DNA of 64,000 nt from Maribacter halichondriae. GTDB lineage: Bacteria > Bacteroidota > Bacteroidia > Flavobacteriales > Flavobacteriaceae. The notes below the pieces were generated by a model. That model saw only the letters and a list, made by a program, of their open reading frames with translations. It was not told the DNA's origin and searched no databases. A program made the position numbers and the translations under genes. Shown one piece after another: positions 9,508 through 20,342 of this stretch. Position 1 is the first letter of the stretch, and each line of letters starts with the position of its first letter. The stretch is from assembly GCF_027474825.1 (NCBI RefSeq), contig NZ_CP107030.1:1430529-1494528 (forward strand), read 5' to 3'.

Positions 9508-10824
9508 ATGAGTACCAAAACCGCTACTTACGTACCGTATAAAGTGAAAGATATTTCCCTGGCCGATTGGGGAAGAAAAGAAATCAATTTGGCCGAAGCA
9601 GAAATGCCCGGACTAATGGCACTTCGTGAAGAATACAACAATGAGCAACCGTTGAAAGGAGCTCGTATTGCCGGATGCCTTCATATGACCATTCAGACAG
9701 CAGTACTTATCGAGACTTTGGTAGCATTGGGTGCCGAGGTAACTTGGAGTTCTTGTAACATCTTTTCTACGCAAGACCATGCCGCCGCAGCAATTGCCGC
9801 TGCGGGTATTCCTGTTTACGCTTGGAAAGGAATGAACGAAGAAGAATTCAACTGGTGTATCGAGCAGACTTTGTTTTTTGGTGAAGATCGTGAGCCCTTG
9901 AATATGATTTTGGACGATGGTGGCGACCTTACCAATATGGTGCTTGACGATTATCCAGAATTGGCAGGTGCCATTAAAGGACTTTCCGAAGAAACCACTA
10001 CCGGTGTTCACAGATTATATGAGCGTGTAAAGAACGGAACATTGCCTATGCCAGCGATAAACGTGAACGACTCGGTTACAAAATCAAAATTCGATAATAA
10101 ATACGGATGTCGTGAGAGTGCTGTGGATGCAATCCGTCGAGCTACCGATACCATGTTGGCCGGAAAGAAAGTTGTCGTTGCCGGATATGGAGACGTAGGC
10201 AAAGGTACCGCAGCTTCTTTCAAAGGAGCCGGGGCTATCGTAACCGTTACCGAAATCGACCCAATCTGTGCCTTACAGGCCTGTATGGACGGATTCGAGG
10301 TCAAAAAAATGGAAACCGTGGTGGGTAACGCCGATATCGTAATTACCACCACCGGAAACAAAGACATTATTCAAGAATCTACTTTTAGAGCGATGAAGGA
10401 TAAGGTCATCGTTTGTAACATCGGGCATTTCGACAATGAGATCGATATGGCTTGGTTGAACAAAACTTATGGCAATACCAAAGATGAAATCAAGCCTCAG
10501 GTAGACAAGTATACCATTGACGGAAAAGATATCATCGTGTTGGCCGAAGGCCGATTGGTCAATTTAGGCTGCGCCACAGGTCACCCAAGTTTTGTAATGA
10601 GCAACTCGTTCACGAACCAGACCTTGGCACAGATCGAACTTTGGAAAAATAGTGACAACTACAAGAACGACGTATATATGTTGCCCAAGCATTTGGATGA
10701 AAAAGTGGCCAAACTCCACTTATCTCGTTTGGGAGCCGAGCTTACCGAATTGCGTAAAGAGCAAGCGGACTATATCGGCGTAACAGTTGAAGGGCCTTAT
10801 AAGCCTGAGTATTATAGGTATTAG
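9508..10824 (+). CDS. ahcY: Adenosylhomocysteinase
   Basis: 438 aa. Full-length match to SAH hydrolase with an NAD-binding GYGDVGKG motif. Confidence 0.95.
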   Translation: MSTKTATYVPYKVKDISLADWGRKEINLAEAEMPGLMALREEYNNEQPLKGARIAGCLHMTIQTAVLIETLVALGAEVTWSSCNIFSTQDHAAAAIAAAGIPVYAWKGMNEEEFNWCIEQTLFFGEDREPLNMILDDGGDLTNMVLDDYPELAGAIKGLSEETTTGVHRLYERVKNGTLPMPAINVNDSVTKSKFDNKYGCRESAVDAIRRATDTMLAGKKVVVAGYGDVGKGTAASFKGAGAIVTVTEIDPICALQACMDGFEVKKMETVVGNADIVITTTGNKDIIQESTFRAMKDKVIVCNIGHFDNEIDMAWLNKTYGNTKDEIKPQVDKYTIDGKDIIVLAEGRLVNLGCATGHPSFVMSNSFTNQTLAQIELWKNSDNYKNDVYMLPKHLDEKVAKLHLSRLGAELTELRKEQADYIGVTVEGPYKPEYYRY

Positions 10825-10988
10825 TCTGTCACACTGAGTGCAGTCGAAGTGCAGACGTTAGAAATTGCAAAAAGAAGAAACCCTTGCAGAAATGTGAGGG
10901 TTTTTTATTGGACTTATTTTTTTGAGGATTTATTTTACCTGCAATAGGACGATTTAAAAAATCATCTCAACAATGATACAGTTTATTT

Positions 10989-11536
10989 TCAACTTCCAAC
11001 AAACTGTATCTCAACACAAGAAATAACATCAGAATTTTCCCAAAGTGTTGGGTACAATTGTATAATATGTGCAAGAATCTCTTCTTTTAGGCTGTGGTCA
11101 TATGAATTTTCGATATGATTATCTAGCTCGGTCGCTACCCTATAATTGAATAAGAGGGTAACTTGTAGCCCTGCTTCCCTAATGATATTGAGGTGTTTAT
11201 CTAAGTTGGAGGTGAATTCGGAATTTGAATCCAAAGCAACCGAACCGTCAAGTGAATAGTTGCGATGCACCAAGGTATTATAATCTATATCTTGTTTAGA
11301 AAGACTTTGGGTCGACCCCTCACAGAAAATCGAAACCATTTCTTGACCTGCCTCGGCTAGTTGTTGTAGCATTGATGATGCTGGCTGCGAAACTTCATTT
11401 TCACTAGAGGTGCCCCCGGCTCCCGAATTTCAATTTCCACAACTTTTTGCACAAAAACTGGATCGGGCAGCAAATCCGAATCTTTTGCACAACCGAAAAG
11501 GATGACAATGAGAAACAGTGAGGTAAGTTTTCCCAT
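10989..11536 (-). pseudogene. Hypothetical lipoprotein, with an apparent frameshift at a G5 run (~11408-11420)
   Basis: The upstream frame encodes a lipoprotein signal MGKLTSLFLIVILFGC followed by AKDSDLLPDPVFVQKVVEIEIRE. Adding one G merges it into the 127-aa ORF frame (…PGGTSSENEVSQPASSMLQQLAEAG…). Confidence 0.5.
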
Positions 11537-11654
11537 AGCTTATATGTTAAAGGTCAGCATCGAATTCCATCGTGAAAGGACTTGTAGAAAACCCTTCCAC
11601 CATATACTTACGAAAAAGTAACGAATTTTGGACTAGGAAAGTATGTTTCATATC

Positions 11655-11688
11655 ACAAAAAAACCCTTTCGTTACCGAAAGGGTTTTA
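11655..11688 (-). terminator. Rho-independent terminator after rpmA
   Basis: AAAACCCTTTCG-loop-CGAAAGGGTTTT with a T-run on the minus strand. Confidence 0.65.
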
Positions 11689-11710
11689 TATCTGTATTTA
11701 GCAACGCTTT

Positions 11711-11971
11711 TTAAGCCTCAAACGGCTCAATGTGAACATATGACTTTCCGCCCGCTTTCTTTTCGAATTTCACGAGTCCGTCAACACGTGCATGCAGGGT
11801 ATGATCTTTACCCGCATAGACGTTTTCACCCGGATTGTGTCTTGTACCACGTTGTCTTACGATAATGTTACCGGCAGTAGCGGCCTGGCCTCCGAAAATC
11901 TTAACGCCCAAGCGTTTCGATTCTGATTCCCTTCCGTTTTTGGAACTACCTACACCTTTTTTATGTGCCAT
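11711..11971 (-). CDS. rpmA: 50S ribosomal protein L27
   Basis: [24 protein letters not shown]... is canonical L27. Confidence 0.95.
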   Translation of the reverse strand: MAHKKGVGSSKNGRESESKRLGVKIFGGQAATAGNIIVRQRGTRHNPGENVYAGKDHTLHARVDGLVKFEKKAGGKSYVHIEPFEA

Positions 11972-12026
11972 GATATAAATTTTAGTCGGACCCTGAACGA
12001 AGTCGAAGGGTCAATTTATTTTACTT

Positions 12027-12742
12027 TTAAGCTTTACCACCGTCTAATTCGTCTTGCCATTTCTGTAACTCGTCCCACTTGCCCTCTGCAGCCAATTTAG
12101 CTTGTGCTGGCCAAGTATCGGTTACGTGGTTGCCACGAACGTCAGCGATGATTTCTGAAATTTTTGCTGGTTTGGCTTTTGCCAAGTCAGCAAATGTTGC
12201 AATTCCTGCATCGATTAAGGTAGAAGCGTCTTTGGCCCGATACCTTCAATTTTCTTCAGGTCATCAGCTTTGGATGCGGCCTTCTTTGGTGCAGCTTTGG
12301 GCTTCGCGGCAGCTTTTGGAGCCGCCTCTTTTTTAGGTTCGGCTTTTTTAGCTGCAGGCTTGGCCTCGGCTTTTGCCTTCGGAGCTGCTTTTGGTTTTTC
12401 TTCCTTAGCGGGAGCTGCCTTTTTAGCGCCTTTGGCAATAATGCTCTCCACTACGATTTCGGTCAATGATTGTCGGTGTCCGTTTTTCTTACGATACCCT
12501 TTACGCCTTTTCTTTTTAAAGACGATTACTTTGTCACCTTTTAGGTGCTTCACGACTTTGGCCTCTACGGCCGCACCGTCTATAGCTGGGGCGCCTACGG
12601 TGATGTTCGTGCCATCGGCCAAAAGAAGTACATTGTCAAAAGTTACCTTTTTACCTTCTTCTGTCTGCAAACGGTGAACATACACTTTTTGGTCTTTCGC
12701 AACTTTAAATTGCTGCCCTGCCATCTCTACAATTGCATACAT
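12027..12742 (-). pseudogene. rplU: 50S ribosomal protein L21 with a Bacteroidetes-type K/A-rich plus helix-hairpin-helix C-terminal extension; apparent 1-nt frameshift near 12225-12235
   Basis: N-terminal MYAIVEMAGQQFKV is L21. The ORF ends at KIEGIGPKTLLP*. A +1 frame continues ASTLIDAGIATFADLAKAKPAKISEIIADVRGNHVTDTWPAQAKLAAEGKWDELQKWQDELDGGKA to a stop at 12027-12029. Confidence 0.75.
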
Positions 12743-12792
12743 AGCGTGTATATTAATTTAATTTATCGCCTATCTTTTTCAATAAGCGGATG

Positions 12793-12800
12793 CAAATATA
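12793..12800 (-). promoter_or_regulatory. Candidate -7 box TATATTTG upstream of rplU
   Basis: TAnnTTTG match about 50 nt upstream of the rplU ATG on the minus strand. Confidence 0.3.
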
Positions 12801-13033
12801 CTCCTTCTAAATAAATTTTCGGGAATTTTGAGAAATTTATTTTTTTCTTTGCCAAGGCAACCCCGAGGCTTCGGGGTTAAGCATAGAAGCCTGTACTGAG
12901 CGAAGCCGAAGTATAGCTACGGTTCAAAATTTTAACGCCGGCAAAGGGAAAAAGAAAGGGTCAAAAACCCGAAGGTTTATTTGGAAGGAGTATTCACTGC
13001 TTAATCATTAATGTACAAGTGAATCAGGGGTTT

Positions 13034-13492
13034 TTAGGCCGATTTCTTTTTAAGATTATTACTGTTTTTAAAAAGCTGCATAAAAGTCAGGGTCAAGACC
13101 AAAGTTGTTGCCAAGCCCATTATGGCGACCGTCGCGAAGACGATACCCTCAAAACTTCGGTAGTCTTCGGCCCATTGAGAGGAAAGTTCTTCCAAAAAAC
13201 CGGCATTGAGTTCGGTGGAATATAGGGCAAAAAACAGCGTGAATATAAGCGTTGCGACCCCTCCGGTGACCAGACCAGCCATAAAACCCTTCCCATAATT
13301 GAAGCCCTCTTGATCCCTATGCTTGTAAAACTTAATGGCCTCATAGATTCCGAAACCTGTTATGATTCCGTTAAAAAGGCTATAGAAAACGTTAGTATGC
13401 AGATTGAGAAGTGATAAAATCAAAAAATAGGCAATAAGGCAGCCACTTGTGGCAATACCGAATCGGATTGGCAATGCATACTCTTTGAACAT
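13034..13492 (-). CDS. DUF4199-like small integral membrane protein
   Basis: 152 aa with four predicted TM helices. Architecture typical of the Bacteroidetes DUF4199 family. Confidence 0.5.
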   Translation of the reverse strand: MFKEYALPIRFGIATSGCLIAYFLILSLLNLHTNVFYSLFNGIITGFGIYEAIKFYKHRDQEGFNYGKGFMAGLVTGGVATLIFTLFFALYSTELNAGFLEELSSQWAEDYRSFEGIVFATVAIMGLATTLVLTLTFMQLFKNSNNLKKKSA

Positions 13493-13698
13493 ATCTGATT
13501 TTTAGATTCAACTTCCCTTAAAAAGGGAAAGATTTTCCTTTCTTACAAATTACATAAAATATATAAAAACCACCATAAATTCTTGTTAAACCAACCGTAG
13601 TTGGAAGGCCAACTTGTTAAAATTCCATATTCTTGTAACAAATGTTTTCTTACATTGACCCATAATACAATCTGAATTTCCTAATAAACACTAGCAAA

Positions 13699-15020
13699 AT
13701 GAAAAAACGAATACTCATTGCGTCGATGTTGCTGATTTCGGCGACCTTGACCTGGGCCCAAGAAGTGCCCTATGAAGAATACAACCTTGACAACGGGCTT
13801 CATGTTATTCTTCACAAAGACAACACCGCCCCCGTGGTCACAACAGCTGTGATGTACCATGTAGGAGGAAAAGACCGCACCGAGGGAAGAACGGGATTTG
13901 CCCATTTTTTCGAACACCTTCTCTTTGAAGGCACCAAAAATATCGGTCGTGGCAAATGGTTTGAGATTGTTGCCGCAAACGGCGGACAGAACAATGCCAA
14001 TACCTCTCAAGACCGAACCTATTATTATGAAGTATTCCCATCCAATAATCTGGAATTGGGCCTTTGGATGGAATCGGAAAGAATGCTGCATCCGGTTATC
14101 GACCAAAAGGGAATCGATACTCAAAAAGAGGTTGTCAAAGAGGAAAAAAGATTGCGCTACGACAACTCCCCTTATGGACAACTGTTGTTCAAGGTAGCGG
14201 AGAATCTTTTAAAGCCCATCCCTATAAAGACCCTAACATCGGCTATATGAAAGATCTCGATGCAGGAACCTTGGAAGATGTCATTGCATACAACAAGAAA
14301 TACTACGTGCCCAACAACGCGGTATTAGTGGTGGCGGGTGACATCGACGTTAATGCCACAAAAAAAATGGTAAAGGATTATTTTGGGCCAATTCCGAAGG
14401 GTGCCGATGTGGTTCGAAACTATCCCGGAGAGACTCCGATTACCGAAGAGATTCGGAGCAAGGCCTATGACCCGAATATTCAAATTCCGGCAGCGGTCAT
14501 CTCGTATCGAACTCCCGGTTTTAAGGAAAGGGATGCCTATGTACTCGATATGATCTCCACCTATTTGAGTGACGGCAGAAGCTCGAAGCTCTACAAAAAA
14601 ATGGTAGACGAACAGAAACAGGCGTTGCAGGTCGGCGCTTTTAACGTAGGCCAAGAAGATTACGGCATGTACCTTGTTTTCGCGCTTCCGGTCGGAGAAA
14701 CAGATCTAAACACGCTTTTTACCGAGATGGAAGAAGAAATTGCCAAAGTTCGTGACGAAATGATTTCTGAAAATGATTATCAAAAATTACAGAACAAGTT
14801 CGAGAACCAGTTTGTGAATTCGAATTCAAGTGTTCAGGGGATTGCCAATTCCTTAGCCCGAAATTATTTGCTTTACGAAGATACCGAACTGATCAACAAA
14901 GAAATCGAGATCTACCGTTCGGTCACCCGCGAAGAAATCAAAGAAGTCGCGAACAAATATCTAAAACCCAATCAGAGGGCTATCATCGAATACCTACCCG
15001 AAGAAGCTGCAGCAAACTAA
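13699..15020 (+). pseudogene. M16 family zinc peptidase (insulinase-like, HxxEH), with an apparent frameshift at a T4A3 run at 14207-14213
   Basis: Signal peptide. Inverted zincin motif HFFEHLLFEGT. ORF1 (13699..14250) and ORF2 (..15020) overlap. Adding one T gives AENLFKAHPYKDPNIGYMKDL, the conserved M16 sequence. Confidence 0.8.
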
Positions 15021-15021
15021 A

Positions 15022-17103
15022 ATGGAAAACAACATGAAAAAATTATATATCTCACTATTGTTAGCCTTTACTGCCCTAAGCGCACAGGCTCAAATCGATA
15101 GAAGTCAAATGCCAAAACCCGGACCGGCACCAGAAATCAACCTGGAAGAACCGCAGCGTTTTGAGCTAAGGAACGGACTAAAGGTTCTTGTGGTAGAAAA
15201 CCATAAATTACCAAGGGTATCCATGCAATTGCGTATTGACAACCCACCAGTACTTGAGGGCGATAAGGCCGGAGTCTCAAGTTTGACCGCTAGTCTTATC
15301 GGAAAAGGCTCAAAGAATATTTCAAAGGATGATTTCAATGAGGAGGTCGATTTTTTGGGGGCTAGAATCAATTTTGGATCTCAAAGTGCTTTTGCGAGTT
15401 CGCTTTCAAAATATTTCCCAAGGATTATAGAACTCATGGCGGATGCAGCCATCAATCCGAACTTTACGCAGGAAGAATTCGAAAAAGAAAAAGAGAAACT
15501 GTTAACAGGGCTTAAGGCCCAAGAAAAAGACGTTGAGGCCATCTCTGCCCGTGTTCAGAGTGCTTTGGCCTATGGCAAAGATCATCCGTATGGTGAATTT
15601 ACGACCGAAGAATCGGTAAATAAAGTGACCCTTGGTGATGTCAAACAATTCTATACCGACTATTTCGTTCCGGCAAATGCATATTTGGTGGTTGTCGGTG
15701 ACGTAAATTTCGATGAAGTCCAAAAATTGGTCGAAGAACATTTTACGCCTTGGACCAAGGCTGTACCCCCTTCATTCTCATTTTCAAAACCTTCCGATGT
15801 ACAATACACCCAAATAAATTTTGTGGACGTGCCCAATGCCGTGCAGTCGGAAGTAGTTGTTCAGAACCTTGTCAATCTCACCATGAAAGATCCCGATTAC
15901 CTTCATGCCCTAATGGCCAATCGTATTTTGGGAGGTGGCGCACAAGCAAGACTTTTTCTAAATCTTAGGGAAGACAAAGCCTATACCTATGGTGCTTATT
16001 CAAGTTTGGGCAACAATAAATACGTGCCGGCAAGATTTCAGGCGTATTCAAGTGTTCGCAATGCCGTTACCGATAGTTCCGTTGTGCAACTTTTAACAGA
16101 GGTGGACAATATCATCAAACAACCCGTTACCGAAAAGGAGCTTCAAAATGCCAAGGCCAAATATATTGGCAACTTCGTACTGGCTCTTGAAGACCCAAGT
16201 ACCATTGCCGATTACGCCCTTAACATCGAGACCCAAGGGTTGCCCAAAGACTTCTACAAAACCTATTTGGAACGCATCAACGCGATAACCGCAGAAGATG
16301 TTCAAAAAGCGGCGCAAAAATATATGTCGGTCGGTAATGCCCGTGTCGTGGTTACGGGAAAAGGAAGCGAGGTACTTGAAAATCTTGAAAAGGTTACCTA
16401 TAATGGCAAGTCGATTCCTGTAAAATATTATGATAAATATGCTACGGTAACCGAAAAGCCCGATGCTGGGGCGGCAGTACCCGAAGGGGTGAGTGCAAAT
16501 GATGTTTTGAACAAATATATCGAGGCCATTGGCGGTAAGGATAAGCTGGCGTCCATTGGATCTTTCTCCATGGTCGCTGAAGCCGAAACGCAAGGCATGA
16601 AGCTGAACCTTGAAATGAAAAAAACGGCCAAAGACCAGTTTATGCAAGATGTAAAAGTAGCAGGAAATTCTATGAGCAAGCAAGTCTTGAACGGCGATTC
16701 GGGCTATATGGTCATGCAAGGTCAGCGAAAAGATATGGAAGGCGCAGAATTGCAAAAAATAAAAGAAGAGGCAGCGATGTTTCCTGAAATGAGCTATCTA
16801 GAAAAGAATGTGGCCCTAGAAGGGGTCGAGACCGTAGATGGCAAAAAGGCCTATAGACTGAAGATTTCCGATGAAAAATCGGCCTTCTTTGATATGGAAT
16901 CCGGACTAAAAGTTCAAGAAGTGCAAAATCTTGACATGGGTGGTCAAAAAATGACGAGCACAACTAATTTTGGAGACTATAGAGAAGTGGGTGGCGTACT
17001 GTTCCCCCATTCAATAGCACAGACCGTAGGTCCTCAAAATTTTGAATTTATCGTGAGCGAAGTCAAAATAAACGAGGGAGTCACCGAAGCGGATTTTGAA
17101 TAG
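15022..17103 (+). CDS. M16 family peptidase, second long (probably non-catalytic) subunit-like protein
   Basis: 693 aa with a signal peptide and insulinase-like fold blocks. Immediately follows the first M16 gene. Confidence 0.75.
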   Translation: MENNMKKLYISLLLAFTALSAQAQIDRSQMPKPGPAPEINLEEPQRFELRNGLKVLVVENHKLPRVSMQLRIDNPPVLEGDKAGVSSLTASLIGKGSKNISKDDFNEEVDFLGARINFGSQSAFASSLSKYFPRIIELMADAAINPNFTQEEFEKEKEKLLTGLKAQEKDVEAISARVQSALAYGKDHPYGEFTTEESVNKVTLGDVKQFYTDYFVPANAYLVVVGDVNFDEVQKLVEEHFTPWTKAVPPSFSFSKPSDVQYTQINFVDVPNAVQSEVVVQNLVNLTMKDPDYLHALMANRILGGGAQARLFLNLREDKAYTYGAYSSLGNNKYVPARFQAYSSVRNAVTDSSVVQLLTEVDNIIKQPVTEKELQNAKAKYIGNFVLALEDPSTIADYALNIETQGLPKDFYKTYLERINAITAEDVQKAAQKYMSVGNARVVVTGKGSEVLENLEKVTYNGKSIPVKYYDKYATVTEKPDAGAAVPEGVSANDVLNKYIEAIGGKDKLASIGSFSMVAEAETQGMKLNLEMKKTAKDQFMQDVKVAGNSMSKQVLNGDSGYMVMQGQRKDMEGAELQKIKEEAAMFPEMSYLEKNVALEGVETVDGKKAYRLKISDEKSAFFDMESGLKVQEVQNLDMGGQKMTSTTNFGDYREVGGVLFPHSIAQTVGPQNFEFIVSEVKINEGVTEADFE

Positions 17104-17122
17104 ACTATATAAAACCATTTAA

Positions 17123-17156
17123 ATAAAAACCCGCCTAGAGCGGGTTTTTATTTTAT
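17123..17156. terminator. Bidirectional rho-independent terminator between convergent genes
   Basis: AAAAACCCGC-CTAGAG-GCGGGTTTTT flanked by A/T runs on both sides. Confidence 0.7.
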
Positions 17157-17168
17157 ATCACGTTTCTT

Positions 17169-17915
17169 TTATCCGATTTTTCGGATGGTAGCCTCACCGA
17201 TAACGATTCCTCGATCTACATCGGGATCACCCTCATACGTGATATGTGTTTCCCCATAACAGGTTACTTTCAACCTATCCGAAACATTGACGCGAAAATC
17301 GCTCTGACCGTAGGCCGTTATTTTGGTTGAGGTGTTGTTGATTGACATAGAATTTACTCTGCTTTCGCCATAAGCGATATAGCGTTGGTTATCAATATTT
17401 CCGTTTTCGATTTCAAGATAGCTCTCGCCATAAATAGTCGTTTTTATCTTCTCTAGATCAACATCTGAAAGATAAACTTGTGATTCTCCATAAATACGAA
17501 GTGTAAACTCTTTTTGGGCTATTTTACTTTTTAGGTTGATGCGTTCTTCACCTCTTACCGAAAGCGTATTCAACTTCTTGTAGGTTACTGTGGCCTTGAC
17601 CATCGTGCCCTCATATATTGATTTCGTCATGTTGTATTTTTCGTCTTTCACTTTGTCATTTTTGGTCACCATCTTCGCCCCGTCCAAGTAAATACGTAAA
17701 GTATTGCCTTCCATTTTTACATTGATTTTATCATCTGACACGCCTGATTGGTCAATACGTACCGATTCTTCGTCGCCTTCTATCAAGTTGACCGCTATAT
17801 GAGGACTGATAATAATCTTATCAAAATGGTCAACTTGATAGGTTTTCTCTTGGGCTACAAGAGTGTTTAAGCCCAAAACCGTTAATAACACTAAGGGAAG
17901 TACTAATTTTTTCAT
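17169..17915 (-). CDS. DUF2807/DUF4097-like (head GIN / beta-helical repeat) secreted protein
   Basis: Signal peptide. Repeated YGES/YGQS/YGET beta-strand motifs. Confidence 0.5.
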   Translation of the reverse strand: MKKLVLPLVLLTVLGLNTLVAQEKTYQVDHFDKIIISPHIAVNLIEGDEESVRIDQSGVSDDKINVKMEGNTLRIYLDGAKMVTKNDKVKDEKYNMTKSIYEGTMVKATVTYKKLNTLSVRGEERINLKSKIAQKEFTLRIYGESQVYLSDVDLEKIKTTIYGESYLEIENGNIDNQRYIAYGESRVNSMSINNTSTKITAYGQSDFRVNVSDRLKVTCYGETHITYEGDPDVDRGIVIGEATIRKIG

Positions 17916-18205
17916 ATTGTTCTATTTAATGATCATTACTGTTCCTCATTAAAGACTACTACCAAACAAAATTGTTACAGTTCTTTAAAAGATATGCAAT
18001 TTTTGTTTCAAAGTGTATTTTGAATTCGACTATGACGGCCCGGTGAATGAATCAAGTGCTACGTTGCTAATTATTCAATTTCCGATAAGACTTCACACAG
18101 TTGGCCATCCAGACCCCATCAATTTTAACTATAGGTTAACGGGTTCATTTTCTATCTTTGGAAGATAGACTTATATTCATAAGTCACCAATAACAGCTGT
18201 AAAAA

Positions 18206-18640
18206 ATGATACTAAAGAAAACGATTCCCTTCTTAGCGCTAATTTTGGTTTTTATGTTTTCCTGCAAAGAAGAAGGAAAGAAAGAAAGAAAATCCGAAAC
18301 CTCCCAAATGAACGAAGTCATGGCCATTCACGACGAGGTCATGCCTAAAATGAGCACCGTCGGGAAATTGGTCGGTGAGTTAAAACCAAGAATAGACTCC
18401 ACAGAAACCGGAATGCAATATGAGGCGGCCATGAAAGACCTTCAAGAAGCCCATAAAGGCATGATGGAATGGATGCAAGATTTTGGCGATACATTTGATT
18501 CAGACGAAATTCTAAACGGTAAGGCACTAACCGAAGAAAAACAAAAACTGCTCGATGCAGAAGAGACGAAAATCAAGGAGGTTCGCGACGCTATTAATTC
18601 GAGTATTGAAAAGGCCGAAGTTTTGTTAGATGCTAATTAA
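18206..18640 (+). CDS. Hypothetical lipoprotein
   Basis: Lipobox FMFSC. Charged helical remainder. Confidence 0.5.
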   Translation: MILKKTIPFLALILVFMFSCKEEGKKERKSETSQMNEVMAIHDEVMPKMSTVGKLVGELKPRIDSTETGMQYEAAMKDLQEAHKGMMEWMQDFGDTFDSDEILNGKALTEEKQKLLDAEETKIKEVRDAINSSIEKAEVLLDAN

Positions 18641-19763
18641 ACTCTGTCCACCAATCTACATCGAAAGACTGTACTTTCCCCAAAACGATTGACTCCCCGA
18701 TTCTGGGTGCTATCATATGTATTTGTAGCGCCTTAGCTTTTTTTGAAAGTCTTTCGACAGGCTCGGTCCATGGGTGCATGGCAAGTTTAAAGGCTCCCCA
18801 GTGAATGGGCATAATCGTTTCGGCGCGAACATCGATTCCGGCTTGGGCGGTCTCTTCAGGCATCATATGTATTTCTTTCCAAAGTTCGTTGTATTGGCCA
18901 CATTCCATCATCGCAAAATCGAAGGGTCCGTACTTTTCCCCTATTTCCTTGAAATGAGGGCCATAACCACTATCACCACTGAAAAAGATATTCTCGTTTC
19001 GGGATTGGATGACCCAAGAACTCCAAAGCGTTTTCCCCCTATCGGCAAGACCTCTCCCTGAAAAGTGTTGTGCCGGGGCACATTTTAGGTTTAATCCTTC
19101 AAAATCGATTTCCTGCCACCAGTCGAGTTCAACGATACGATTGCTTTCAATACCCCATTCCTCTAAATGGGATCCTACGCCCAAGGGAACATAGAACATG
19201 CCGACCTTATCCTTCAATAGTTGTATCGACCCATAATCCAAATGGTCATAGTGATCATGGGATAAAATCACTGCATCGATTTTGGGAAGTTTTTCAACTT
19301 CAATCGGTAAATTGGCACTGAATCTTCTTGAACCTAAAAAGGATGCTGGTGCGGGCACGGCCCCGAACATTGGGTCGATCAAGATTTGCTTGCCTTCGAT
19401 TTGTAATAGAAAGGCGGAATGACCGAACCATATAAGCCGGGTCGCACCTCTATAATGAACGATCTCCAGCGAATCGATGGACTGCACGGTCACATTCTTT
19501 CCGGGCATGGAATTAGGTTGGGGTCCGAAAAATCCCTTTAGGCTTTTCATCATATCATTGAACCCCATGTTCATTTTCACATCGCCATTGTTGATAAAGA
19601 CACCATCTCGATAGTTCTCCGACTTTTTAAAAACCTCCCATTGCGACTTTGAAGGTGACGCCCCAAATTCAGGACTAAGATTAAGAAACAAAAAAATGGC
19701 TACAGCCAAGAGAAGTATGAATCCGCCAATGAACATTCCCATTTTCTTTAAAACTTTTTTCAT
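18633..19763 (-). CDS. MBL-fold metallo-hydrolase (NAPE-PLD-like)
   Basis: HDHYDHLD metal-binding motif. N-terminal TM helix. Confidence 0.8.
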   Translation of the reverse strand: MKKVLKKMGMFIGGFILLLAVAIFLFLNLSPEFGASPSKSQWEVFKKSENYRDGVFINNGDVKMNMGFNDMMKSLKGFFGPQPNSMPGKNVTVQSIDSLEIVHYRGATRLIWFGHSAFLLQIEGKQILIDPMFGAVPAPASFLGSRRFSANLPIEVEKLPKIDAVILSHDHYDHLDYGSIQLLKDKVGMFYVPLGVGSHLEEWGIESNRIVELDWWQEIDFEGLNLKCAPAQHFSGRGLADRGKTLWSSWVIQSRNENIFFSGDSGYGPHFKEIGEKYGPFDFAMMECGQYNELWKEIHMMPEETAQAGIDVRAETIMPIHWGAFKLAMHPWTEPVERLSKKAKALQIHMIAPRIGESIVLGKVQSFDVDWWTEFN

Positions 19764-19785
19764 TGTCGAAATGCAATGAACTGAT

Positions 19786-20342
19786 TTATTTTTTCCATCG
19801 TAGGGTTTCCATCATCTTACGAATGTCATTTTGCAGATATTCCGCGGCGGGATAAATAGAATCATAGTTCGGTTTGGCATAAAAATAAAGCGAACCGGTA
19901 ACAAAATGTTCGGTACTGTCGGTCACATAGAATTGCGCCTGTGAGGCAGCATCACCGGTAACCTCATAAAACATACCATATACTTTGTTCTCATCGTTTA
20001 TAAAAGGTTGTTCCATAATTCCATCAGCTTTTACCGAATGTTCATACGAGAATTTCTGGGCGTCGGAAAGTAGTTTTTCAAGATTGCGCTCTACTGTCTT
20101 GTAATTGATAAAGATCGACCCTTTCATAGATGGGTAATCAAGCTCAAGAGAGTTGCTAGTCTGGCTTTTCAATCGTGCTATTTCGTTATACTGAAACTGA
20201 AACCGGTCGGTTTCAATTTTGCCCATTTTGGCCTCGGGGAACTCTAATCGCAGCATGGCCTTGGGTTTCGGAACCACATCTTCCTTACATCCAAAAAAAG
20301 GATGATTACGAAGAATACCATTAGATTTCTCTTATTGCGCAT
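19786..20342 (-). pseudogene. gldD: Gliding motility lipoprotein GldD, with an apparent 1-nt deletion in an A7/T7 run at 20293-20299
   Basis: Immediately downstream of gldE. With T8 instead of T7 the ORF starts MRNKRNLMVFFVIILFFGCKEDVVPKPKAMLRLEFP, i.e. a lipoprotein signal plus the PKPK...LRLE motif, giving ~185 aa. Its ATG overlaps the gldE stop (ATGCGCAATAA). Confidence 0.7.

Noticed and set aside
12270-12677. 135-aa A/G/F-rich plus-strand ORF, and the 60-aa ORF 12256-12438
   Set aside because: They are antisense or alternative-frame readings of the L21 K/A-rich extension, and low complexity only.
16093-16755. 220-aa minus-strand ORF inside the second M16 peptidase gene, and similar antisense ORFs at 22461-22967, 30073-30669, 45692-46243 and 10008-10367
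   Set aside because: Each is fully embedded antisense to a well-supported conserved gene. They are typical shadow ORFs.
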